The notes below the pieces were generated by a model that did no database searches, was not told where the DNA came from, and saw only the letters and a program-made list of their open reading frames with translations. 64,000 nt of DNA. Origin: a bacterium. Its GTDB lineage: Bacteria; Electryoneota; RPQS01. Where the stretch lies: positions 142,797-206,796 of the forward strand of contig JADJCU010000002.1 of assembly GCA_016703065.1 (NCBI GenBank). The letters are read 5' to 3'. The translations under genes were made by a program, and so were the position numbers. Shown here piece after piece: positions 15,206-23,817 of the stretch (the stretch's first letter is position 1; each line of letters starts with the position of its first letter).

Positions 15206-17698
15206 CTACCCAAACATCGAGTAGAGAATAAACACTAACAACACCAATCCAGTAAGAAACGCTAGCCAGCCCCACGTCGAGAGCACGATCTTGTGCCACC
15301 GTTTCATAGGCGGAACAATGTGACCGTCGAGCTTGCCTTCGTTGACCAACTGCTCAATCTCCCGCGGACGTTCACGTTCAAGCTCTTCAGTCGACTCACG
15401 GCCCGTGAAGATCACATCGTCAAACGGGAACTTCGACGGACGCAAATGCCCGTTGAAGAAGTGCACAGTGAAGATGAATGCCGTCGCCAGCAGTGCCTCT
15501 TCACTGTGAACAATGTGCGCCAGATTGATCATCCAGCCCGGCAGCAGTTGCGTGAAGAACTCCGGATACCACAGAATGAAACCGCTTGACCCAATGATCA
15601 CGACACCCCAGAAGACCGCGAAGTAGTCGAACTTCTCCCAGTAGGTGAACTTACCAAAGCGCGGTTTCGGACCAAGACCCAGGAAATAACGGAAGTGGCC
15701 GAACATATCCTTGGCGTCTTGAACCTGCGGAACCATCGAACCATCACCCCAGAACAGTCCGCGCTTCTTCTGAATCAGCGCCGCATAGAGAAGACTCAGA
15801 ACGTGCAGAATGAAGGTCGCGATCATCAGTATAGCGCCGACGCGATGAATAATTGCCATCTCGCGCAAACCGATGACGTGGTTGGTAATCCAGTAAGCCG
15901 CTTCCGAATGCGAGAACTTGAGCGGCAAACCAGTCATTGCCTGCACCAGGAAGCTCGAGGCCAGCGTGATGTGCAGCGTCCGCTGCCATGGTGAGAAGCG
16001 GCGAACCCACTTGCGCATCACTTCGGGCGTCCGCTTCGGTCGGCCTTCGATCAAGCCGCGAATGAACCACAGAATCGTGTGCAGTCCGAAGAATCCGAAA
16101 ACTCCAAACAGCAGCGAGGTCATGAACTTCTCCGCGACCGTTACGTTGCTCTGCGGAGCCGTCGCGCCCTCGCCGCCGCCGTGCGGGTCGTAATGTGACA
16201 AGAACTGTACGAAGTTCTCGTTTGCGTCCTTGTGACAGCGCGCGCACGTCTGAATGATCTTGTCCCGGCTGACCTTCGATTCCGGATCGTTTTGACTTCT
16301 GATGTCGTGATTGCCGTGACAATTCACGCATGTTGCAAAGTCGTCGCCCTGATAGCCAAGGTTGTACGCCTGTCCGTGATACGTCCGTTCGTAGGAGCGG
16401 ACAACTTCCGGATTGAGTTGGAATTTCAGCGCGAAGTCGCGGTTGCCGTGACACTTGCTGCACATGTCGATGATGTGCCGGGGCCGCATGTCGTCGCTGA
16501 CCTTCTTGATATCTTTGTCTCCGTGACACGTCACGCACGTCGGCGCCTCGGTGTGACCTTTGGCGTAAGCAATGCCGTGCTCGGACTTCATGTACTCCTG
16601 ATATTCCGTCGGATGGCAGTTTTCGCACTGCATCCTTAGGTTCGACTTTGGCTCTTCGCCCGCGACCTTCCTTCTGAAGTGATAGACGTGACATTGCGTG
16701 CAGTTTGCGATGTCACCGGTCTCGGTTTGCGTCATCACCTTGCCGTGCGCGAGGAACTCCTTGGCGTGTCGCTCGCCTTCGTGACAGCGGTTGCACGTTG
16801 CCGGGAGCTGCTCGCGGAAGATGCCTCCGCCGGCATGAACCATCTGCGTTTGGTGGCCGGTGTGGCAGGCGACGCAGGTCATCAGTCTTGCATCGACACT
16901 GTCTTTGCGATGCAATGACTCTTCGTATCCGGTATGGCAGGTTGCGCAAAGTGCGTCCAATCGTTCCACGGACGCGTGCGACGCCGGATCACTTGGTGAC
17001 AACACACCATGTTCGCCGTGGCATGTGACGCAGTTGGGAGCGTCCAAATCGCCGCTCTTCAGCTTGTTGAAATGCTGACTGGCGACGTAGTTCTTGGTTT
17101 CGCTCTTGTGGCACTCCATGCAGCCGTGCACGTTGTATTCGCGCCACTCGGCCACCGACATGCTGTCGCGCCGCGATTTGAAATGCGGGTCATGACACGA
17201 CGTGCAGCTCATTTGCGCGCTGGCCGCCTTGCCCGTTCTCGAGTGCACGCTCTTATCAAAGGCTTCAAGTTCAGTCCGGTGGCAGATTCCGCACACCCGT
17301 CTGGAGTCCGCATGATCGGTAATCTGGTGCGAACCGTGACAGTCCGAGCATTCAGGAACGCCGCGGAACCCCATCGCATTCAGCTTGTTGAAGAAGCCGG
17401 CCATGAAGGTCTTCATTTCGGCATCATGGCAGGTGCCGCAGTTAACCTCACGCGGTCGCTCGTGCGGGAATTCCGCGCTTTTCAGATCGGCGTGGCAGTC
17501 AATGCAGTCCAGACCTTCGTGAACGGAGCCTTTCAGGCTGTCCGTCGTCACGCAGAGGAGTTTTTTGCCCGTCAGCGTCTCGGAGGTGAGCGTAGGGTCG
17601 TTGTGGCAATCCATGCAGTCGTTGTTGGTTTGCGCTCGCAACGGAACGCCAACCATCAGTACTGCAAGAACGAGGAGAATCTTGGCCTCTAAGGTCAT
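15206..17698 (-). CDS. Fusion protein: 17-heme c-type cytochrome domain + C-terminal membrane cytochrome-b domain (CbcL-like, FdnI/HydC-type)
   Basis: 830 aa with a signal peptide and 17 CxxCH motifs in the first ~520 aa. These are followed by about 5 TM helices with conserved His (LHTILWF, LHITLASSF, IHRVGAILMIATFILHV, AHIVHSEEALLATAFIFTVHFF). Confidence 0.85.
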   Translation of the reverse strand: MTLEAKILLVLAVLMVGVPLRAQTNNDCMDCHNDPTLTSETLTGKKLLCVTTDSLKGSVHEGLDCIDCHADLKSAEFPHERPREVNCGTCHDAEMKTFMAGFFNKLNAMGFRGVPECSDCHGSHQITDHADSRRVCGICHRTELEAFDKSVHSRTGKAASAQMSCTSCHDPHFKSRRDSMSVAEWREYNVHGCMECHKSETKNYVASQHFNKLKSGDLDAPNCVTCHGEHGVLSPSDPASHASVERLDALCATCHTGYEESLHRKDSVDARLMTCVACHTGHQTQMVHAGGGIFREQLPATCNRCHEGERHAKEFLAHGKVMTQTETGDIANCTQCHVYHFRRKVAGEEPKSNLRMQCENCHPTEYQEYMKSEHGIAYAKGHTEAPTCVTCHGDKDIKKVSDDMRPRHIIDMCSKCHGNRDFALKFQLNPEVVRSYERTYHGQAYNLGYQGDDFATCVNCHGNHDIRSQNDPESKVSRDKIIQTCARCHKDANENFVQFLSHYDPHGGGEGATAPQSNVTVAEKFMTSLLFGVFGFFGLHTILWFIRGLIEGRPKRTPEVMRKWVRRFSPWQRTLHITLASSFLVQAMTGLPLKFSHSEAAYWITNHVIGLREMAIIHRVGAILMIATFILHVLSLLYAALIQKKRGLFWGDGSMVPQVQDAKDMFGHFRYFLGLGPKPRFGKFTYWEKFDYFAVFWGVVIIGSSGFILWYPEFFTQLLPGWMINLAHIVHSEEALLATAFIFTVHFFNGHLRPSKFPFDDVIFTGRESTEELERERPREIEQLVNEGKLDGHIVPPMKRWHKIVLSTWGWLAFLTGLVLLVFILYSMFG

Positions 17699-17711
17699 TA
17701 ATCGGATCGCG

Positions 17712-20189
17712 TTACTTGTGATTCGATTCGGTTTCGGGAGTAGTCTTCGACCCTTCGTCTGCAGCTTCGCCGCCCGGGGAAGTGAGTTTCTCGTACCAGC
17801 GGCGATGCCGGTGTTTGACGAGGTCGAGGGAGATCTTACCGGTGAGCCACGTCCAGCTCATCGGATACTCTTCGGGATGGAAGATCACGAAGAAGAAGTG
17901 CCAGACGACGATGGCGAGCGTCGCCAGCCAAGCCTCGTAGAGGTGAATGGTCTGGCTAACTGGCACGGCCCACGCGGGCAACAGCGGGGAGAGTTCTGCG
18001 GGAAACCATAGGACGAATCCGGTCGCGATCATCAGGATCGTTCCCCAGATGAGGGCCCAGTATTCGGCCTTCTGTGAATAATCGTAGCGGTCAAATCTCG
18101 GGGCTTCTTTCGACCTATTCAAATGGTAGGCCATGTTGCCGGTCATCTCAGAGATATCGGACTTACCGGGCAGCAGCGCGGACCATTCTTCACGTCCTCG
18201 TCGGGTCATGAAGAGATAAACAACATGATAGACCGAACATCCGATCAGCCCAATGGCCATGACGCGGTGGGTGACGCTGCGAATGCCTTCATCAACACCG
18301 ACCATGGCCAGGAGCTTCACCCACCATGCTTCAGGGTATTTCAAGGCGAAGCCTGTGACCGCGAGTAGAATAAAGGTCACGGAGAGCGCCATGTGCTGAA
18401 TGATCTGGTGCTTGTCAAACCGCGTGACCTTCTTGCCGGCCGTCTGATGTTCTTTGGCTTTGGCGAGATGGTAGTTCAGGATGACGAGATTATGCAGGAC
18501 CATTCCGCCGATAACGACGATGATCATGATCCAGTAGATGCGCGCAATCCACCACTGGGCGCCGCCTTCGGTCGGCTGGAGTGCCTGATGGGTGTACGAC
18601 TGGGCGAAATTCGCGTCCGCCTTGGGATGGCATTTCGCGCACGTTTCCACAAGATTGCTCTTGTAGATGGACGATAACGAGTCGTTTGCCGTGCGCACGT
18701 CATGAGCGCCGTGGCAGTCGTTGCAAGTCGGCGTCTTGTCGTCCTTCGCGACGGTCGCGAGTCCATGATAGCTATCCGTGTAAGTCGAGACCACATCCGG
18801 TGCGAGACCATACTTGCGGATGATATCGGGGTCTTCGTGACACTTACCGCATGTTTCCGCCGCGATCTTCGCATGACTGACTTTGCTCTTGGGGTCTTTC
18901 GGCGAGATCAGCAGGTGTTCGCCGTGGCACCCGGTGCAGGTCGGGCTGTCATAGATTCCGCTGCTCAGCGCGCGATAGTGAATCGAGACCTCATAGAGGT
19001 CTTTTTCATCTGTATGACACTGGCCGCACGTCTTGTGAATATTCTGAATATTGATCGTCGAATTGGGATTGCTGCTTCCGAGCACGGCGTGACCGCCGTG
19101 GCAGTCGATGCAAACGGGAACGTCCTGGTTCCCCTGCTGCAGCAGTTTGCCGTGTGTGCTTTCGAGATAGTTCTCGAACGAGCGCGGCAGTCTCACATCC
19201 GGATCCAGGGCAATCCCGATTTGACTGTGGCATGTGGCGCACGTGGAAACCTGATTGCCGCGGTGCATCGGCGACTCGGGGTCCGATACTTTGCGGATGT
19301 TGTGCGCTCCGTGACAGCTCTCGCATCTTGGGGCGCGGGGTGAACCGCTGGCAAGCGCGTAAGCATGCAGGCTCATATTGTAGCGGCGCACGGATTCCGC
19401 ATGGCACGCACCGCAGGTCGCTTCAGCGGGAGATTCATTCGTCACGCGCAAAGACGTATCGGAGGGAGCTCGACTGCGGTGTTCGCCGTGGCAGTCGAAG
19501 CAATGCGAGAGATTGCGGCCTTCGTTGAATTGCCCGTGGACGGACTTCTTGAACTCAGCCTGAATATCCTGATGGCAATTCAGGCAGGCCTGTTCGAGCA
19601 TCTGAGGTTGCTTGTCTTCGGCATGCACAGAGTGTGAGCTATGACAATCGGTGCAGCTCGGCAGGCCCTCCTTGCCGGAGTTGGCCAGACGACCGTGAAT
19701 ACCGACGTCATAGCTTGCATACGACGCGGTGCGTCCGTGCCGCGGTACGTGAAGCCTGTTGTGGCACTGTTCGCACGTCTGATCGATTCGTTCTTTGGAG
19801 ACTTTGGCGTTACCGTTCTTGGTGCCGAGTACGTTGTGCGTGCCATGGCAAGCCGCGCACTTCAGCACGCCCTCGTGACCACCTGAAGCGACTTGTGCGG
19901 CGGCGTCTTTGTGACATGCGGCACAGTCCACCGCCTTGAGCTTCTCGTCATGGGGGAAATCGTCAAAGCCCTTGAGGTCGGCGTGACAGGCGACGCATGC
20001 GAGCGCGGCATGTTTTGAGCGTGACAGCGAATCGGACGTCACGCACAATGAGACGACTGAACCATCCGGATTTGTCCTTGTCAGGGAAGCATCGGAGTGG
20101 CAGTCGACACAGGCCGCATCATCACCCGCATAGGCGGGGGCGAGCAGGCACACGAGCAGGAGCAGGGGATAGATGAGGAGACGGTTCAT
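17712..20189 (-). CDS. Paralogous 17-heme cytochrome c::cytochrome b fusion (CbcL-like)
   Basis: 825 aa with the same architecture as the downstream gene. 17 CxxCH motifs, then TM helices with His (HNLVILNYH, IIQHMALSVTF, THRVMAIGLIGCSVYHV, IHLYEAWLATLAIVVWHFFFVIFH). Confidence 0.85.
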   Translation of the reverse strand: MNRLLIYPLLLLVCLLAPAYAGDDAACVDCHSDASLTRTNPDGSVVSLCVTSDSLSRSKHAALACVACHADLKGFDDFPHDEKLKAVDCAACHKDAAAQVASGGHEGVLKCAACHGTHNVLGTKNGNAKVSKERIDQTCEQCHNRLHVPRHGRTASYASYDVGIHGRLANSGKEGLPSCTDCHSSHSVHAEDKQPQMLEQACLNCHQDIQAEFKKSVHGQFNEGRNLSHCFDCHGEHRSRAPSDTSLRVTNESPAEATCGACHAESVRRYNMSLHAYALASGSPRAPRCESCHGAHNIRKVSDPESPMHRGNQVSTCATCHSQIGIALDPDVRLPRSFENYLESTHGKLLQQGNQDVPVCIDCHGGHAVLGSSNPNSTINIQNIHKTCGQCHTDEKDLYEVSIHYRALSSGIYDSPTCTGCHGEHLLISPKDPKSKVSHAKIAAETCGKCHEDPDIIRKYGLAPDVVSTYTDSYHGLATVAKDDKTPTCNDCHGAHDVRTANDSLSSIYKSNLVETCAKCHPKADANFAQSYTHQALQPTEGGAQWWIARIYWIMIIVVIGGMVLHNLVILNYHLAKAKEHQTAGKKVTRFDKHQIIQHMALSVTFILLAVTGFALKYPEAWWVKLLAMVGVDEGIRSVTHRVMAIGLIGCSVYHVVYLFMTRRGREEWSALLPGKSDISEMTGNMAYHLNRSKEAPRFDRYDYSQKAEYWALIWGTILMIATGFVLWFPAELSPLLPAWAVPVSQTIHLYEAWLATLAIVVWHFFFVIFHPEEYPMSWTWLTGKISLDLVKHRHRRWYEKLTSPGGEAADEGSKTTPETESNHK

Positions 20190-20192
20190 GAG

Positions 20193-21296
20193 TTATTTCA
20201 TCTTAGTTCCCGGCAGCGCTGCAGGATACGAGATATCCGCATCGTGGCAGCCGGAACACGTAGGAGTAAGCGCAAAATTACGATTCGGATGACACTCTTC
20301 ACAGGAGATTTCGACGTGTTCTTCGTTCAGCGAGAGGCCGGCAAGTTTGTGATTGAACGACTTCATGTCCCACGACTTGTGGCACGAGTTACAGTCGGGT
20401 GAAGGCTTCGTGAAATGATGCGAGTTTCCGTGGCACCGTTTGCACGACAACCGTTCGTGGTAACCTTTGAGCGGCCAGCCGGTACGATCATGCGAGAAGG
20501 CCTTTGCCTCAGTTTTGAGGTGACACTGATCACAGCTCATTTCGGCATGGCAGGAGTTGCAGATGCCATGCAGGGCCTCTTCGCTGTGGCGGATCTCTGT
20601 GGTAGTCTGATCCGACTTAGCATGGCAGGACGCGCAACCTTCGGCGTGGTGACAAGAGGCGCAGTCAATGCCGTATTTGTCGGTATGATTGCGATGGAAC
20701 AGGGTTACGACGGTGCCTCCGCCGTAGGTTGAGTTCCAGACTTTCTTTTCAGGCTGGACGAGACCTTTGAAACGACTTCCCGACTTGGGCATTCCGGCAT
20801 GCGCAGGCGGAGTTTCGCCCTTCTTGACATGGCAGATCTCGCAGGCGGTGTCGTGGCTCCAGTCCTGATGGCATCCAAGACACTGGCGGTGATAAGCGCC
20901 TTTTAAGCTCGGTTGTTCGAGGTTATCATCGGCGGCATCAGGCGGGTGGCAGTTTTTGCAGGCGGTGATGCCACCGATTTCCTGAAAGTGGTGGCAATCT
21001 TGACAGCCGCGATCCATGGCCGTCATTTCGGCATGGAGGCGATGTGAAAAGTCAACGGGCTCGTATTCGGCTTCGATTTCGTTTATTAGAATCCGATCGG
21101 GTCCCAATTTCAGTTCCTGCGGCGTAACACGCGGTCGGGGACAGCCGCGCAGGCAGGGATCTTCAAGGGTTGGGGTGCTGCAGACGTGACATTCAGTACA
21201 GCCGTTCGTAACTTTCGAAGGTTGTGCTTTGGCCAGAGAGTTATCGCTATACAGTAGCAGCGCGAGGAGTGCAGCGATGAGTGAGAATAATTGCAT
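20193..21296 (-). CDS. Periplasmic 13-heme cytochrome c (c3-family, Hmc/Nhc-like)
   Basis: 367 aa with a Sec signal (MQLFSLIAALLALLLYSDNSLAKA). 13 CxxCH motifs by hand count, with F.H..H contexts. Confidence 0.85.
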   Translation of the reverse strand: MQLFSLIAALLALLLYSDNSLAKAQPSKVTNGCTECHVCSTPTLEDPCLRGCPRPRVTPQELKLGPDRILINEIEAEYEPVDFSHRLHAEMTAMDRGCQDCHHFQEIGGITACKNCHPPDAADDNLEQPSLKGAYHRQCLGCHQDWSHDTACEICHVKKGETPPAHAGMPKSGSRFKGLVQPEKKVWNSTYGGGTVVTLFHRNHTDKYGIDCASCHHAEGCASCHAKSDQTTTEIRHSEEALHGICNSCHAEMSCDQCHLKTEAKAFSHDRTGWPLKGYHERLSCKRCHGNSHHFTKPSPDCNSCHKSWDMKSFNHKLAGLSLNEEHVEISCEECHPNRNFALTPTCSGCHDADISYPAALPGTKMK

Positions 21297-21323
21297 GGCC
21301 GGATTGCTCCGACTCTCTATGGT

Positions 21324-21449
21324 TTAGTATTTACGGGTCGAACGCTTGTTTAAGGCCTTCCAAAAGGGAACGAAGGAGAGGAGCCCAAGAATGGCCACGA
21401 TATACTCTCCAGCCTGAGTAACAAGGGTGAACTCATGTAGTGTATGCAT
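21324..21449 (-). CDS. Unannotated 41-aa single-TM ORF between the NrfD-like and 13-heme genes
   Basis: Not in the ORF track because it is shorter than 60 aa. My translation is MHTLHEFTLVTQAGEYIVAILGLLSFVPFWKALNKRSTRKY. GAGAGGA lies about 8 nt upstream of the ATG. It has a hydrophobic core and a basic tail and fills the only gap in a tightly packed operon. Confidence 0.5.
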   Translation of the reverse strand: MHTLHEFTLVTQAGEYIVAILGLLSFVPFWKALNKRSTRKY

Positions 21450-21464
21450 AGTGGTCGTCCTCTC

Positions 21465-22706
21465 TTAGTGGTTTTCGCCGGCGTAATCCGGATGCTGCAA
21501 GAGGATCGGCATGCGATTGACGATGAACTCGTAAATCAGCACGCCCAGGGTGAAGATGCTGACGGTGACTGCGATCTCTTTCCAATGCGGGACATAGCGT
21601 TCGGCGGCGTTCCAGTTCAGGGCGATCGTGGAGACGTTCAGGCGATTCAAGACAAGTCCGATGACCGTCCAGACTCCTGCGATGCGTGCCCACGAAGGTT
21701 TGAGATTACGGACCGAGAACATGAACAGGAATGCGGGCGCCAGAATGAATCCGAAGACTTCGACGAGCCACCACTGGCCATAACCTGTGGTCAGGAGAGC
21801 CCATTGATGTTCATGGGCGACGCCGATGACCTTTAGCCAGAAGTAGAGATAGAGCACGAGTGCGCCGCCCTTTGCCAGTCCGAGGATCAAGCGGTCCAAG
21901 TCGCGGTGACTAAGATGTCCGGTTTGCTTCTCGAAAAACTTGTGGGCCAGTGTTGACTCGATGATGATCATCCCGATACCGCCAGAGACGGCGGAGATGA
22001 GGAAGAAGACTGGCAGGTACATGCTGTACCAGAGCGGATGCAGTTTGCCGGGCGCGATCAAGAGGAGCGCGCCGAGCGAAGACTGATGGAGGGTTGACAG
22101 GACGACGGCCATGACCGTTGCGCCAAGCGTAAGGCGGACCGCCCACGTGCGGAGTCGTTTTGCGCCGATCCATTCAAAGAGCGGGGGCAGAAATTCGATG
22201 AACTGGCAGCCGAGGTAGAGGGCGACGCACCAGCCGACTTCGAACATCACGGAGCTTGTGCCCCACGAAACAAACATGGGGTAGGGGAGACGCCAGGGGC
22301 GACCGAGGTCGAAGGCCAGACCAACGACGACGAGTATGTAGCCCAGGAAGCCGGTGAGAATTGCCGGCCGAACCAAGGAATTATACTCGCGCAAGCCGAA
22401 GATGTGCGAGATTGTGCCGATCGTGAACCCACCGGCGGCGAGTGCAACACCGCAGAGAACATCGATACCGATCCAAATACCCCAGGGGTTGGCATCCGTG
22501 AGATTGGACACGGCGGCGAGGCCTCCGGTGAAGCGCTGAAACGCGACGGGAATACCCACGGCGAGAATTGCCCATGCGATGAAGTGACCGGGAGTAAGGA
22601 GACTTTTGAAGTAGTCGCGCGGAGTCATGCCGAGGAAGATTTTGTCCCGCATGAAGTTCGGCGCGATGAGTGGAGTTCGGTGGACAGGGGCAGTGACCGT
22701 AGCCAT
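21465..22706 (-). CDS. NrfD/PsrC-family integral membrane quinone-interacting subunit
   Basis: 413 aa and polytopic (8 or more TM helices), with typical NrfD-like composition. The start is adjacent to the stop of the FeS gene (shared position 22706). Confidence 0.75.
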   Translation of the reverse strand: MATVTAPVHRTPLIAPNFMRDKIFLGMTPRDYFKSLLTPGHFIAWAILAVGIPVAFQRFTGGLAAVSNLTDANPWGIWIGIDVLCGVALAAGGFTIGTISHIFGLREYNSLVRPAILTGFLGYILVVVGLAFDLGRPWRLPYPMFVSWGTSSVMFEVGWCVALYLGCQFIEFLPPLFEWIGAKRLRTWAVRLTLGATVMAVVLSTLHQSSLGALLLIAPGKLHPLWYSMYLPVFFLISAVSGGIGMIIIESTLAHKFFEKQTGHLSHRDLDRLILGLAKGGALVLYLYFWLKVIGVAHEHQWALLTTGYGQWWLVEVFGFILAPAFLFMFSVRNLKPSWARIAGVWTVIGLVLNRLNVSTIALNWNAAERYVPHWKEIAVTVSIFTLGVLIYEFIVNRMPILLQHPDYAGENH

Positions 22707-23653
22707 TAGTGCTCCTCCCCCGGCTCTTTGTTATTGCCGTGCGGCTTGCCATTCTGTTTGGCGGCCAGCTCGTCTTTGCGCTTTGTGAATAGATAGATGC
22801 TCAAGAAGAAGGCGGGCCAGATGGCCATGACCAGCGGTGCGGCAGAGAGGTAGTTGCGAGTTAGCGAAGGATACGGTGTTTTGCCGAGATCCGTTCGGAA
22901 TCCGAGCGTGTCGAAGGGCTGCGCCGCGAGATACATCCAGCTTGTCCCGCCGACTTCGTGCTCGCCGTATATGTGGTCGACATATTTCTCGTGGTGACGA
23001 GCGATTTTTTGGCGCGCGACTTTGATCAAGTCTTCGCGTTTGCCGAAGGTCATCACTTCCCGGGGGCAGGCCTCGGTACAGGCAGGTGGTTTGCCTTCTT
23101 TCAGGCGGGTCTCCAAACAGAAAGTGCACTTCCGGACTCGGGGGTGGAGTGCACTCGCGTATTCATAGGTAGGGATATCGAATGGGCAGGCTATCATGCA
23201 GTAGCGGCAGCCGATGCAGACGCTGGCGTCGTAGGCGACGGCGCCTTGATCGGTTTTTGTGAATGCACCGACGAGACAGGCGGACGCGCAGGCGGGTTCG
23301 TCGCAGTGCATACACTGTTTCTTGACGTAAACCGGCGAGTCAGGATTCGAACCGGGGAAACGATTGACAACGGTAAATTGTCCGGGATGTGTGCGGCGGG
23401 GTTGGTCGAACACTGTTGCATCTTCCGGCGCCTTGTCGAGGGCGGGGAGATTATGTTCTTTGGCACAAGCGAGTTCGCAGCGCCGGCAGTTTTGGCCGAT
23501 GCACTGAGTGGTATCAACGAGAATTCCAAAGCGGTCAGGATTGCCTTCGAATTCCTCCACTGCGGCAGACGCGTCATTAGGCAGCGCACCTGCTCCGACT
23601 CGCACGGCGGCCAAACCGGCGAGCTTGAGGAAGTCTTTTCGACTGATATTCAT
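22706..23653 (-). CDS. Tat-exported 4x[4Fe-4S] ferredoxin subunit (NrfC/HybA/HmcB-like) with C-terminal TM anchor
   Basis: 315 aa. Tat-like signal MNISRKDFLKLAGLAAV. Cys clusters CIGQNCRRCELAC, CMHCDEPACASAC, CIGCRYCMIACP and CTFC...CTEACP. C-terminal helix LVMAIWPAFFLSIYLF. Confidence 0.85.
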   Translation of the reverse strand: MNISRKDFLKLAGLAAVRVGAGALPNDASAAVEEFEGNPDRFGILVDTTQCIGQNCRRCELACAKEHNLPALDKAPEDATVFDQPRRTHPGQFTVVNRFPGSNPDSPVYVKKQCMHCDEPACASACLVGAFTKTDQGAVAYDASVCIGCRYCMIACPFDIPTYEYASALHPRVRKCTFCLETRLKEGKPPACTEACPREVMTFGKREDLIKVARQKIARHHEKYVDHIYGEHEVGGTSWMYLAAQPFDTLGFRTDLGKTPYPSLTRNYLSAAPLVMAIWPAFFLSIYLFTKRKDELAAKQNGKPHGNNKEPGEEH

Positions 23654-23817
23654 TTTCTGCTCCCCCCTTTATCGGCTCTATGCGACTTTTTTCACAAAGA
23701 TAGTTGCGAGAAGTTGCGGCAAGTTGCGTTTCAGGGAATTGCAATAACAACTACAGCCGGTACACGATACGGAATTCCGCAACGATGCACCGGCTGTAGT
23801 CATAGGTGTGAAGAGAG

